The notes beneath the pieces are model-generated. The model had not been told where the DNA came from, ran no database searches, and worked only from the letters and a program-made list of their open reading frames with translations. 64,000 bases of DNA, from the NCBI GenBank assembly GCA_965248435.1, contig OZ252100.1, forward strand, positions 3,040,001 through 3,104,000, written 5' to 3'. The stretch is from Candidatus Latescibacterota bacterium (GTDB lineage Bacteria; Latescibacterota; UBA2968; GCA-2709665). How positions within the stretch are numbered: the first letter of the stretch is position 1; each line of letters begins with the position of its first letter. A program made the position numbers and the translations under genes. Of the stretch, positions 1-8,739 are shown piece after piece.

Positions 1-1
1 G

Positions 2-1024
2 GGCACGACCGACATTATGTTCGGGCCCTACACGCTGAACCCCGGGGACAAGGTGAAGCTGGTGCTGGCCCACATCGCTGGGACGGGCTCCCACGTGACG
101 ACGAATTCGGCCAACGGCTATCCGCAGGACCCGAACGACTGGGCGTGGAATCTCGGCTTGAGCACGCCCACGCACAACGACACGCCGGCCCGCAACGCCG
201 AGCTGGCCAAGGGCTGGCAGGGGCTGTGGACGAACATTAGCCACGCGCAGTTCGCCTACTCCAACGAGTGGCAGGTCCCCACCACCCCGCCTGACGTGGA
301 TTTCCAAATTGGCAGCAACCTCGCCGCGCAGACCCGGATCAGCTGGACCGGGAAGGCGGAGAGCGCGATCAACCCGGACTACGGGACGGCCGACGTGACG
401 ACCTACCGGGTCTACGCGTCGGAATATTCGGAAGCCGGGCCCTGGATCCTGAAGGGCACCGTCCCGGCCACGGGGGCGAGCTCCTATACCTGGGACGACA
501 CGGAGTCGCTGGCCGGGTTCAGCAGGTTCTACAACGTCCGATCCGTGGCCTCAGGGCATTCGAACTGGAGCGAGGGGACGATGACGCTGGCCGATCTGCC
601 CGCGCAGATGGCGTCTCACGTGACCGGCGGGTTGGAGGGCGGCTACTCGGCGCCTGAACAGCGTACTTTCAAAAACATCACGCCGAGCCAGCCCGCCGAC
701 CCGAAGAGCGACAACCTGGAGCTTCAGGTCCGCGTGGTGCCCAACCCCCTGAACATCAATGCGGACGACCAGAACTACAACGGTGAACTCAAGATGCGGT
801 TCGTGGGGATCCCGAGCCACGCCAAGATCTCGATCTACAGCGTCGGAGGCGACCTAGTCTCGAGGGTCTTCCACAACAATCCGGAGTCGGGTGAGGTCGA
901 GTTCAGGCTGCTGAACAGCACGCTCAGCGGCCAGATCTTTTCCGGCGTCTACGTCTGGGTGGTGGAAAGCCTGCTTTCCTCGGGCGGGAAGACGCAGAGC
1001 GGATACCTGGTGATCCACAGGTAA
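2..1024 (+). CDS. 5'-partial large secreted protein: FN3-like domain plus T9SS-type C-terminal sorting-like domain
   Basis: Frame is open to the window edge. Ends VRVVPNP...KISIYSVGGDLV...SGVYVWVVE...GYLVIHR, the CTD pattern, and is directly followed by a PorV-like gene. Confidence 0.75.
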   Translation, partial: GTTDIMFGPYTLNPGDKVKLVLAHIAGTGSHVTTNSANGYPQDPNDWAWNLGLSTPTHNDTPARNAELAKGWQGLWTNISHAQFAYSNEWQVPTTPPDVDFQIGSNLAAQTRISWTGKAESAINPDYGTADVTTYRVYASEYSEAGPWILKGTVPATGASSYTWDDTESLAGFSRFYNVRSVASGHSNWSEGTMTLADLPAQMASHVTGGLEGGYSAPEQRTFKNITPSQPADPKSDNLELQVRVVPNPLNINADDQNYNGELKMRFVGIPSHAKISIYSVGGDLVSRVFHNNPESGEVEFRLLNSTLSGQIFSGVYVWVVESLLSSGGKTQSGYLVIHR

Positions 1025-1059
1025 GACACGAACACTTTTATTACAGAGGAAGACACGCG

Positions 1060-2067
1060 ATGAAATGCATTGTATGCAGTCTGTCGGTCCTGGTGTTCGC
1101 TGCGGCTGTGGTTCCGCAGGTGTCGGCACAGCTGCCCATCGAGACCCAGGGGACGATCGTAAGCGATAAAAACTTCGAGGACATTGACCGGTTCAATAGG
1201 CAGGTGCCGAGCGCGTTCCACTTCCTGAAGATCGCGCCGACCGCCCGGGTGGCCGGGATGGGTGGAGCCTACACCGCAGTGGCCAACGGGATGGACGCCA
1301 TCTTCTACAACCCGGCCGGCATCGCCACGATCGAGCGGTTTGGATGGGCCTTCGGGTATACGGATTGGTTCCTGGATATGAAGTTCTACTCGGCCGCGGT
1401 CGCGATCAACACCAACTACGGTGTGATAGGGCTCTCGGTGCTCAGCCTCGAGTTCCCGGACGTGGAGCAGACCACGGGCCTCAGGCCTCAGGGCACGGGC
1501 CAGATACTGGACTTGGGCGACACGGCCATCGGGTTCCATTATGCCTATCGGATGACCGACAAGATGTCTGCGGGCATTCAGCTGCGCTACGCGAAGTCCA
1601 AGCTGGGTCTGGACCAGGACCTCACCGGGTGGCTGTTCAGCGCCGGGACGGTGATGCACACCGGGTTCGAAAGCGTCCGGATTGGGATGGGCATCAAGAA
1701 CCTGGGTGGGAACATCAGCGTGATCGGCGAAAACGAGTCGCGGATGCCCGCGATCTTCCATCTGGGCCTATCCGGGGAGGTCATGGGTAACCTGGGCGAC
1801 CCGGTCTCCCTGACGGCCTCCTTCGAGGGCTCCTACCACTCGGACTCCAACCAGCGCTATCACGCGGGCGCGGAGCTCTGGCTGAGCGAAATGCTCGCTA
1901 TACGCGCCGGGTACCAGTTCAAGTATGACGCGCAGAGCTGGAGCGCCGGCGCAGGGGTCAGGGGAAACTTCCAGGGCCGCAGCATTTCGGCTGACGTTTC
2001 CTATTCTGAACTGACCAGCCTGCTCGACCACAAGCCGATTCGGTTTACGGTGAGCGGTTTGTTCTAG
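1060..2067 (+). CDS. PorV/PorQ-family outer-membrane beta-barrel
   Basis: Signal peptide, FLKIAPTARVAGMGGAYTA..AIFYNPAG motif, amphipathic strands, C-terminal Phe; RBS GAGGA. Confidence 0.85.
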   Translation: MKCIVCSLSVLVFAAAVVPQVSAQLPIETQGTIVSDKNFEDIDRFNRQVPSAFHFLKIAPTARVAGMGGAYTAVANGMDAIFYNPAGIATIERFGWAFGYTDWFLDMKFYSAAVAINTNYGVIGLSVLSLEFPDVEQTTGLRPQGTGQILDLGDTAIGFHYAYRMTDKMSAGIQLRYAKSKLGLDQDLTGWLFSAGTVMHTGFESVRIGMGIKNLGGNISVIGENESRMPAIFHLGLSGEVMGNLGDPVSLTASFEGSYHSDSNQRYHAGAELWLSEMLAIRAGYQFKYDAQSWSAGAGVRGNFQGRSISADVSYSELTSLLDHKPIRFTVSGLF

Positions 2068-2120
2068 ACAACCCATAAATAAACGGCGCACGGCCAATAG
2101 CCGGGCGCGTCACCGCTTGT

Positions 2121-2156
2121 AAAGCCGCCCGGAGAGTGCACGCTCCGGGCGGCTTT
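2121..2156 (+). terminator. Intrinsic terminator-like hairpin
   Basis: aaagccgcccggag-agtgcacg-ctccgggcggcttt after the PorV-like gene. Confidence 0.7.
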
Positions 2157-2208
2157 CTGGTTGTCCTATCACCCGTTGTGGATAGGCATTATCTTGAAGG
2201 CCTGTAAA

Positions 2209-2260
2209 GGGCCGGGTACCGGTAAAGATCGGGTACCGGGATTCGGGTACCGGGTACCGC
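2209..2260. repeat. GGGTACC-based short repeat cluster upstream of four-helix-bundle gene (unit 1)
   Basis: Four copies of cgggtacc; related clusters at 4288-4334, 7561-7602, 10258-10290. Confidence 0.8.
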
Positions 2261-2281
2261 AAAAACAGTACTGGGCGAGAT

Positions 2282-2644
2282 ATGGGTATAAAGAGCTACA
2301 AGGACTTGGATGTATGGAACAAAGGCATTGAGATTGTAGACCTCGTGTATGATATCACGGCTAAGTTTCCAAAAGAAGAAAAATATGGGTTAGCAGCGCA
2401 TATGCAAAAAGCGGCGATATCGATACCATCCAATATTGCGGAGGGTCATGCTCGTCAGCATACCAGAGAGTATCAACAGTTCTGTCACATCGCCCTGGGT
2501 TCGTGTGCTGAATTGGCAACACAGTTGACCATCGCCCAGCGACGAAATTATCTTTCAAATGATGACTTTGTGAAATTGGAGGAAGATTTGGACCATGAGG
2601 GTCGCATGCTCCAAAACCTAGTAAAGGGTCTGAAGAAGGATTAA
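2282..2644 (+). CDS. Four-helix-bundle protein (23S rRNA IVS-encoded / TIGR02436-like)
   Basis: SYKDLDVW..FPKEEKYGL..KAAISIPSNIAEG..IALGSCAELATQL, 120 aa. Confidence 0.92.
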   Translation: MGIKSYKDLDVWNKGIEIVDLVYDITAKFPKEEKYGLAAHMQKAAISIPSNIAEGHARQHTREYQQFCHIALGSCAELATQLTIAQRRNYLSNDDFVKLEEDLDHEGRMLQNLVKGLKKD

Positions 2645-2758
2645 AGCCAGTGCAGAATCTCAGTTCTCAAATAGGGTAATGGTTTTTTCGAACCCCGATC
2701 CCCGGTACCCGAAATCGGGTCACAGATCACTTGATTTGGTAGTGAGGAGGATGATTCA

Positions 2759-4282
2759 ATGAGGGTTCAGGTTCCAGGCTCGGAGCAGGTGATCAACATC
2801 GGAACGCGCAAGCAGCTGTTTGTGGATGACCACATCATCGAGACGACGCGATGGATATCGCCCCGCTCGTGTGAGACTGCGCGATGGCTGCAGCCTCCCG
2901 CGCGTCCACGTACGGACCTGGATGGATGGAGCGAAGGGGTCGATCGGATCGAGGCGGACATTCCGGGGCACCTGTTGAGGGCGACGGCGTTCGTGACCCA
3001 AATCATCAATCAGCCCGAGCGCTACGAGGGCAATCCGATCATGGCGAAGGAACGGCCCTGGGAGGGGGAGTCCGGCCCCTGGCCGAGCGGCATCACCTAC
3101 GACGAAGAGGACGAGATCTGGAAGATGTGGTACCTGGGCCTGACCCACGAAGACGAGGGCCGAAGGCACGTCTATAATTGCATGTACGCGACTTCGGAGG
3201 ATGGGATTACTTGGGACCGGCCCGAACTGGGCCTGGTGAAAGACAGCGCGGGCAACAACACGAACATCGTTCACGAGGGCAAAGCCCAGTTCGCCTTCAA
3301 GGATCCGAGGGCCGGTGATCCTTCCAGGCGATACAAGATGGGGCGGTCCATGGCCTCCAAGGAGGGGCTGCAGCATCCGATGGTCTATTATTCGCCGGAC
3401 GGCATCCACTGGACGCCCGACCCGGGGCCGTTCAGCCACAATCGGGGCGATGAAACCCTGTCTGTGATGTACGACCCGCAAAGCAAAAAGTACCTGGGAT
3501 TCTGCCGCAACCGATATCCCAAGCCGACGCTCCGTCACCGGACCGAGCGGTCGCTCCTGAGGATTCAGAGCAACGACCTGGTCCACTGGTCGATGTCGGA
3601 GCCGATCCTCGACAAGGATTCACTGGACCCGTTCGATACGGACTTTTATGGCATGAGGGGAACGTTCTACGAGAGCATGTACCTCGGCTTCGTGAATGTA
3701 CATCACACCGCGAAAGACGATTTCGACATCTGGCTCGCTTACAGCAGAGACAGCTTCCACTGGGAGCGGATCAGAACCGGTCCTTTTTTGCCTCTGGGAC
3801 CGGAAGGGAGCTGGGACTGGGGCATGGTATCGGCGGTTCAAGAGCCGATTCGGCAGAATGATGAGCTCTGGTTCTACTACACGGGGGTGGACGGGCTGCA
3901 CGATGCGCAGGGCAAGGCGGCCGGCCTAGGATTGGCCAAGCTGCGCCTGGACGGCTTCGTGTCGATCGATGCGTTTGAGAATACACACCGGACGAAGAAC
4001 TACCCGCCAACGTTGCTTACCAAACCGCTCTATTCCCCGGGCAACCGCCTGGAGGTGAACGTGGATGCCTCAAAGGGGTTCATCGAGGCCGAGCTGTTGA
4101 ACGTGGACGGATATCCGATAGAGGGCTATTCGAATGAGGACTGCGACACCTTTAAGGGGGACAGCCTGACGCACACGTTTAGCTGGAAAGGGAAGTCGGA
4201 TATCGGAGATCAAATTCCGGTAAGGATTCGGTTTACGATGAATAACGCGAAGCTTTACGCCTTGCAGATTCCTAAAGGGTAA
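2759..4282 (+). CDS. GH32/GH43-like five-bladed beta-propeller protein, copy 1
   Basis: RKQLFVDD start, Asp-box-like YATSEDGITW, YSPDGIHW, YSRDSFHW, LRLDGFVS, C-terminal beta-sandwich; RBS GGAGG. Confidence 0.75.
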   Translation: MRVQVPGSEQVINIGTRKQLFVDDHIIETTRWISPRSCETARWLQPPARPRTDLDGWSEGVDRIEADIPGHLLRATAFVTQIINQPERYEGNPIMAKERPWEGESGPWPSGITYDEEDEIWKMWYLGLTHEDEGRRHVYNCMYATSEDGITWDRPELGLVKDSAGNNTNIVHEGKAQFAFKDPRAGDPSRRYKMGRSMASKEGLQHPMVYYSPDGIHWTPDPGPFSHNRGDETLSVMYDPQSKKYLGFCRNRYPKPTLRHRTERSLLRIQSNDLVHWSMSEPILDKDSLDPFDTDFYGMRGTFYESMYLGFVNVHHTAKDDFDIWLAYSRDSFHWERIRTGPFLPLGPEGSWDWGMVSAVQEPIRQNDELWFYYTGVDGLHDAQGKAAGLGLAKLRLDGFVSIDAFENTHRTKNYPPTLLTKPLYSPGNRLEVNVDASKGFIEAELLNVDGYPIEGYSNEDCDTFKGDSLTHTFSWKGKSDIGDQIPVRIRFTMNNAKLYALQIPKG

Positions 4283-4655
4283 AGATTGGGTACCGGGAAA
4301 GCAGAACACGGGTACCGGGAAAGAAAAACACGGGATATGACAGTAAACAGCTACAAGGACCTGGATGTGTGGAACAAGGGTATCGAAATCGTGGATCATG
4401 TATATGAGGTCACGTCTCAGTTTCCGAAGGAGGAGACGTACGGCTTAGCTGCGCACATGCGAAAAAAACGGCAATATCCGTACCATCGAATATTGCAGAA
4501 GGCCATGCACGACAACATACCAGAGAGTATCAGCAGTTCTGCCATACCGCGCTAGTGAACCAACAAGTTAGAGACGCGGTATAAAGACCTGTACTTTTGA
4601 GCAGTTTTGACGTACGCTCTCTGTACCTCCCCTGAAAAGGAACAAGGAGAGCGAA

Positions 4656-5088
4656 GTGCCGAAGAAAAAATACATCGTGACGCTGACAGCCGAGGAGCGG
4701 TCATATCTGCGTGGTCTGATCAGCAAAGGCAAAACAGCAGCTCTGAATCCTTTTGAAGACCGATCAGGGGCCGGAGGGCAAACACTGGACCGACGAAGAG
4801 ATCCAGCACGCCCTCGACGTCCATCCCAGCACCGTCGAACGACTTCGCAAACGGTTCGTCGAGGAAGGCCTGGAAGCAGCCCTCAAGCGCAAAGAACAGA
4901 AGAACCGGAAGGCGAAGAAGATCGATGGCGAATCGGAGGCTCACCTCGTCGCTTTGGCGTGCAGCCAGCCGCCGGAGGGACGAAAGCGGTGGACCCTCAA
5001 ACTGCTGGCAGACCAACTGGTCACATTAGAGATCGTCGACAGCGTCAGCCCTGAGACGGTGCGCCAGACGCTAAAAAAAACTCGTTGA
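4656..5088 (+). pseudogene. IS630 transposase N-terminal HTH part (OrfA), frameshifted near 4740
   Basis: MPKKKYIVTLTAEERSYL then frame change to KTDQ...TVERLRKRFVEEGL...RWTLKLLAD; slippery A8 at 5073-5080. Confidence 0.8.
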
Positions 5089-5780
5089 AGCCGTGGCGGA
5101 AGGAGATGTGGTGTTTGCCGGGTGCCCCCAGCGCCGAATTCGTCTGCGCGATGGAAGACGTGCTGGATGTCTATACCCGGCCGCATGATCCGAGACATCC
5201 CACGGTGTGCTTGGACGAAACAAGCAAGCAGCTGGTGGGAGAAGTTCAGGAACCCCTGCCGGTGGCTCCTGGAAAGCCGGCCCGTTTTGACCACCATTAT
5301 GTCCGCAATGGTGTGGCGAATCTGTTCATGCTGCTGGAGCCTCTGACCGGACGTTGCCGGGTCAAGGTGACGCAACGTCGCACCAAGCGAGATTGGGCTG
5401 TGGTTATGAAAGACCTTGTGGATCACCATTATCCTGACGCCGATGCCATTACCCTGGTTGTGGACAACCTGAATACTCATCACAAAGCCGCATTGTACGA
5501 AGTCTTCGCGCCAGAGGAAGCGAAACGGATCGCAGACAAGATCGATATTCATTTCACACCCAAGCGCGGAAGTTGGCTCAACATCGCTGAAATCGGTCTG
5601 AACGTTCTCTATCGTCAGTGTCTCGATCGACGCATCTCTACCATCCAACAACTCGGGAAGGAAGTGAATGCCTGGCTCACAGAACGGGATCAGAATCCAC
5701 CGATCGTCAACTGGCGCTTCACCACCAAAGATGCACGCATCAAGCTGAAGCGCCTTTATCCCGCACTGCTACCTGGGTGA
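5085..5780 (+). CDS. IS630 transposase catalytic DDE part (OrfB)
   Basis: CLDET, VVDNLNTH, TPKRGSWLNIAE motifs. Confidence 0.9.
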   Translation: MKPWRKEMWCLPGAPSAEFVCAMEDVLDVYTRPHDPRHPTVCLDETSKQLVGEVQEPLPVAPGKPARFDHHYVRNGVANLFMLLEPLTGRCRVKVTQRRTKRDWAVVMKDLVDHHYPDADAITLVVDNLNTHHKAALYEVFAPEEAKRIADKIDIHFTPKRGSWLNIAEIGLNVLYRQCLDRRISTIQQLGKEVNAWLTERDQNPPIVNWRFTTKDARIKLKRLYPALLPG

Positions 5781-6054
5781 ACCACTAGGTTCGTGTGCAG
5801 AATTGGTGACGCAGTTAACCATTGCAGAGCGACGAAGATACTTGTCTGACGACGACTTCACGAAATTGGAGGACGAATTGGACCACGAGAGTCGAATGCT
5901 CCAGAATTTGATTCGGAGTCTAAAGGACAAATCGAGCAAGGAATCTCAATTATGAAATCAGACAGATTGGTTCTTCGAACCCCGGTACCCGGTACCCGGT
6001 ACCCGAGATCGGGTAACAGATCACGCAATTCCGGTAACAAGGAGGGATGAAACC

Positions 6055-7560
6055 ATGAAGCTACAGATTCCTGGCTCAGACCTGATCGTGAATGTCGGGA
6101 CGCGGAAGCAGCTGTTCTTCGACGATTACATCCTTGAAACGACGCGGTGGATCTGTCCGCGGCATTCCGAAACAGGTCGGTTTCTCCAGCCACCGGGGCG
6201 CAGTACCCGAACCGATCTGGATGGATGGAGCGAGGGGGTGGACCGGATCGAGGGAGACGTGCCGGGGCACCTCCTGAGGGCGACGGCGTTCGTGACCCGG
6301 ACCGTGAATCAGCCCGAACGGTACGAGGGGAATCCGATTATGGTGAAGACGGAGCCGTGGGAAAAGGACGCGCCGCATCCGTGTAAGATCTTCTACGACG
6401 AGGAAGACGGGATCTGGAAGATGTGGTACCTCGGCCTCAAGGACCACATTACACACCAGTATTTTCTGATGTATGCCACATCAGAGGACGGGATTGAATG
6501 GGTGAAGCCGAAGCTCGGGCTGGTGAAGGACGAGGCTGGGAATGACACGAATATGATTATTGACGGCAAGTTCACGACCGTTTACAAGGATCTTGAAGCC
6601 GATCCTTCCAGGCGCTACAAGATGGGGGGGTCGAGGCGAACGGATGGCGTGCAGCATCCGACGCTTTACCATTCGCCCGACGGTTTCCACTGGACGCCGG
6701 ACCCGGGGCCTTTCAGTGACACTCGCGGAGATGAAAACTTCGGATTTATGTATGATCCGGAAAGCAAGAAGTTCCTCGCGTTCTGTCGGAACGTCTATCC
6801 CAAACCGATGCTGGTTCACAGGGTAGAGCGAAGGGTGTACCGGATGCAGAGCAACGATCTGCTGCACTGGACGATGTCAGAGCCCGTCATCCAGAAGGAC
6901 GAACTGGATCCGCCCGATACGGACTTCTACGGCCTGGGATGCATGTTTTACGAGAGCATTTACGTTGGATTCGTGTCGGTCCACCAGACCGCGATAGACG
7001 ACTTTAAGACCTGGCTGGCCTTCAGCAGAGACAGCTTCAACTGGCATCGACTCAGGAGCCGGCCGTTCCTTCCTTTGGGACCCGAGGGCAGCTGGGAGTG
7101 GGGCATGGTAGGGTGCGGTCCCCCGCACCGAGTGGGAGATGAACTCCGGTTCTACTATTCAGGGCGGGATGGGCTGCACGACCAGCAGGGCAAGAATACC
7201 GGGATCGGGATTGCCAATCTGCGTCTGGACGGGTTCGTGTCGATGGATACGTTCGAGAACAAGCATCGAACGAAGAACTATCCGCCGACGCTGATGACCA
7301 AACCGCTGTATTCTCCTGGGAATCGGCTCGTCGTGAACGCGGACGCGACAGACGGATTCATCGATGCGGAGCTATTGGACGTGGACGGGTATCCTATAGA
7401 GGGTTACTCGAAGGAGGACTGCGACACGTTCGAGGGAGACAGCCTGGCGCACACGTTTACCTGGAAAGGGAATCCGGATATCGGAGGGCGCCTTCCTGCC
7501 CGGGTTCGATTCACGTTGAATAACACGAAGCTTTATGCGCTGCAGATTCCCAAAGCGTAA
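6055..7560 (+). CDS. GH32/GH43-like beta-propeller protein, copy 2
   Basis: Collinear paralog of 2759-4282 over its full length. Confidence 0.75.
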   Translation: MKLQIPGSDLIVNVGTRKQLFFDDYILETTRWICPRHSETGRFLQPPGRSTRTDLDGWSEGVDRIEGDVPGHLLRATAFVTRTVNQPERYEGNPIMVKTEPWEKDAPHPCKIFYDEEDGIWKMWYLGLKDHITHQYFLMYATSEDGIEWVKPKLGLVKDEAGNDTNMIIDGKFTTVYKDLEADPSRRYKMGGSRRTDGVQHPTLYHSPDGFHWTPDPGPFSDTRGDENFGFMYDPESKKFLAFCRNVYPKPMLVHRVERRVYRMQSNDLLHWTMSEPVIQKDELDPPDTDFYGLGCMFYESIYVGFVSVHQTAIDDFKTWLAFSRDSFNWHRLRSRPFLPLGPEGSWEWGMVGCGPPHRVGDELRFYYSGRDGLHDQQGKNTGIGIANLRLDGFVSMDTFENKHRTKNYPPTLMTKPLYSPGNRLVVNADATDGFIDAELLDVDGYPIEGYSKEDCDTFEGDSLAHTFTWKGNPDIGGRLPARVRFTLNNTKLYALQIPKA

Positions 7561-7637
7561 GGGCCGGGTACCGGGAAGGCAAAACACGGGGATCGGGTAC
7601 CGCTAAAAGCGGGTGATAATTACCTCCTGATACTCGG

Positions 7638-7838
7638 GCTCGCCAACAGGAGTTGGCTCCTACCGTATCCATAACCTGATAATATTGGTGATTTCAAACG
7701 CTCGAGAATCCGGTAGGAGCCGTCCCCTCGACTCGCTTGCGCTCGCTCGGGACAGGCTCCGGATGGCGACCTCATCGCGGTGTTTGTCTCCGTCAACCGT
7801 AGGAGCCGCCTCTTCCCGCGTACGCGGGGACCAGCGAA
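7638..7838. repeat. Cluster of GTAG-type REP-like palindromes with nested small insertions
   Basis: ggctcctac (7655), gtaggagccgtc (7713) and gtaggagccgcc (7799), each with a hairpin. Confidence 0.65.
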
Positions 7839-7966
7839 TAGTCAGTAAGGATAAATCCAGCGACGAATCTCAATCTTGAAAGGCCAAGATTGATGGTTCT
7901 TTCGAACCCCGGTACCCGAAATCAGGTAGAAGATACTCTGGTTCTGTTAGCAAGGAGGATATAGCT

Positions 7967-8224
7967 ATGAGGCTACAGGTTCCGGGTTCGGAGCTGATCG
8001 TGAACATCGGCACTCGCAAGCAGCTGTTTGTGGATGACCACATCATCGAGACGACGCGATGGGTGTCGCCCCGGCTTTCCGAGACGGCCCGATGGGTCCA
8101 GCCTCCTGCTCGTCCTCGTGCGGACCTCGATGGATGGAGCGAAGGGGTCGACCGGATCGAGGGAGACGTGCCTGGACACCTGCTGAGGGCGACCGCGTTC
8201 GTGACCCGGACCGTGAATCAGCCT
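7967..8224 (+). pseudogene. GH32-like copy 3, N-terminal 86 codons only
   Basis: MRLQVPGSELIVNIGTRKQLFVDD...TRTVNQP, then switches in frame to transposase sequence. Confidence 0.9.
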
Positions 8225-8650
8225 ACGATCTGCAAGTTCCGGCACTTTCTGGAAGCACACGGGCTGACTGAAGCGTTGTTCGAGCAGGCCAAGTGCTATC
8301 TGTCCGAACGGGGCCTGATGGTGAGCGAAGGCACGATCGTGGACGCGACGATCATCCACGCGCCGTCGTCGACGAAGAACAGGGAACACAAGCGGGACCC
8401 GGAGATGGCCAGCACGAAGAAGGGCAACACCTGGCATTTCGGCATGAAGGCCCACGTGGGCAGCGATCCGAAGGGACGGGTGCACAGCGTGGCAACCACC
8501 CCCGCTTCGGTGCACGATTCCCAGGTGATGGCGGCCTGTCTGCACGGCGAGGAGAAGGTGATCTACGGCGACAAGGCCTATGCGGACCAGACGCGAAAAG
8601 AACGAGCCGAAGCAGACGATGTAGAATGGCGGGTGCTTCGCAAGGCCTAC
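8225..8650 (+). mobile_element. Internal fragment of an IS5-family transposase, no termini seen
   Basis: TICKFRHFLE, GTIVDATII, FGMKAHVG, VHDSQ, YGDKAY motifs; N- and C-terminal parts absent. Confidence 0.85.
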
Positions 8651-8739
8651 AGAAGATGTGAGCACACACCCGGGATGAGGGCGATTCCGGCACGAAGTTG
8701 CCCTCGACAAGGAAGCAGAGAGAGAAGAATAGGGAGAGC

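Larger units (their letters stand above)
4553..5787 (+). mobile_element. IS630-family insertion sequence
   Basis: Inserted at CTAG (TA duplicated, 4553-4554 and 5786-5787); imperfect terminal IRs ctagtgaaccaac.. / ..ggtgaaccactag; split transposase. Confidence 0.9.
4337..5955 (+). pseudogene. Four-helix-bundle gene copy 2, frameshifted and split by IS630
   Basis: MTVNSYKDLDVW..., frameshift in A7 run at ~4462, interrupted at CTAG 4552; resumes GSCAELVTQL...RMLQNLIRSL at 5788, stop 5955. Confidence 0.9.

Noticed and set aside
2282-2644. 23S rRNA gene or true rRNA intervening sequence
   Set aside because: Flanking DNA is protein-coding; no rRNA sequence recognised.
2209-7602. GGGTACC repeat clusters as a CRISPR array
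   Set aside because: No regular repeat-spacer periodicity, repeats too short and variable, and no cas genes in the window.
2282-8224. Diversity-generating retroelement (Avd-like gene plus repeated genes)
   Set aside because: No reverse transcriptase in the window, and paralog differences are not adenine-specific by eye.
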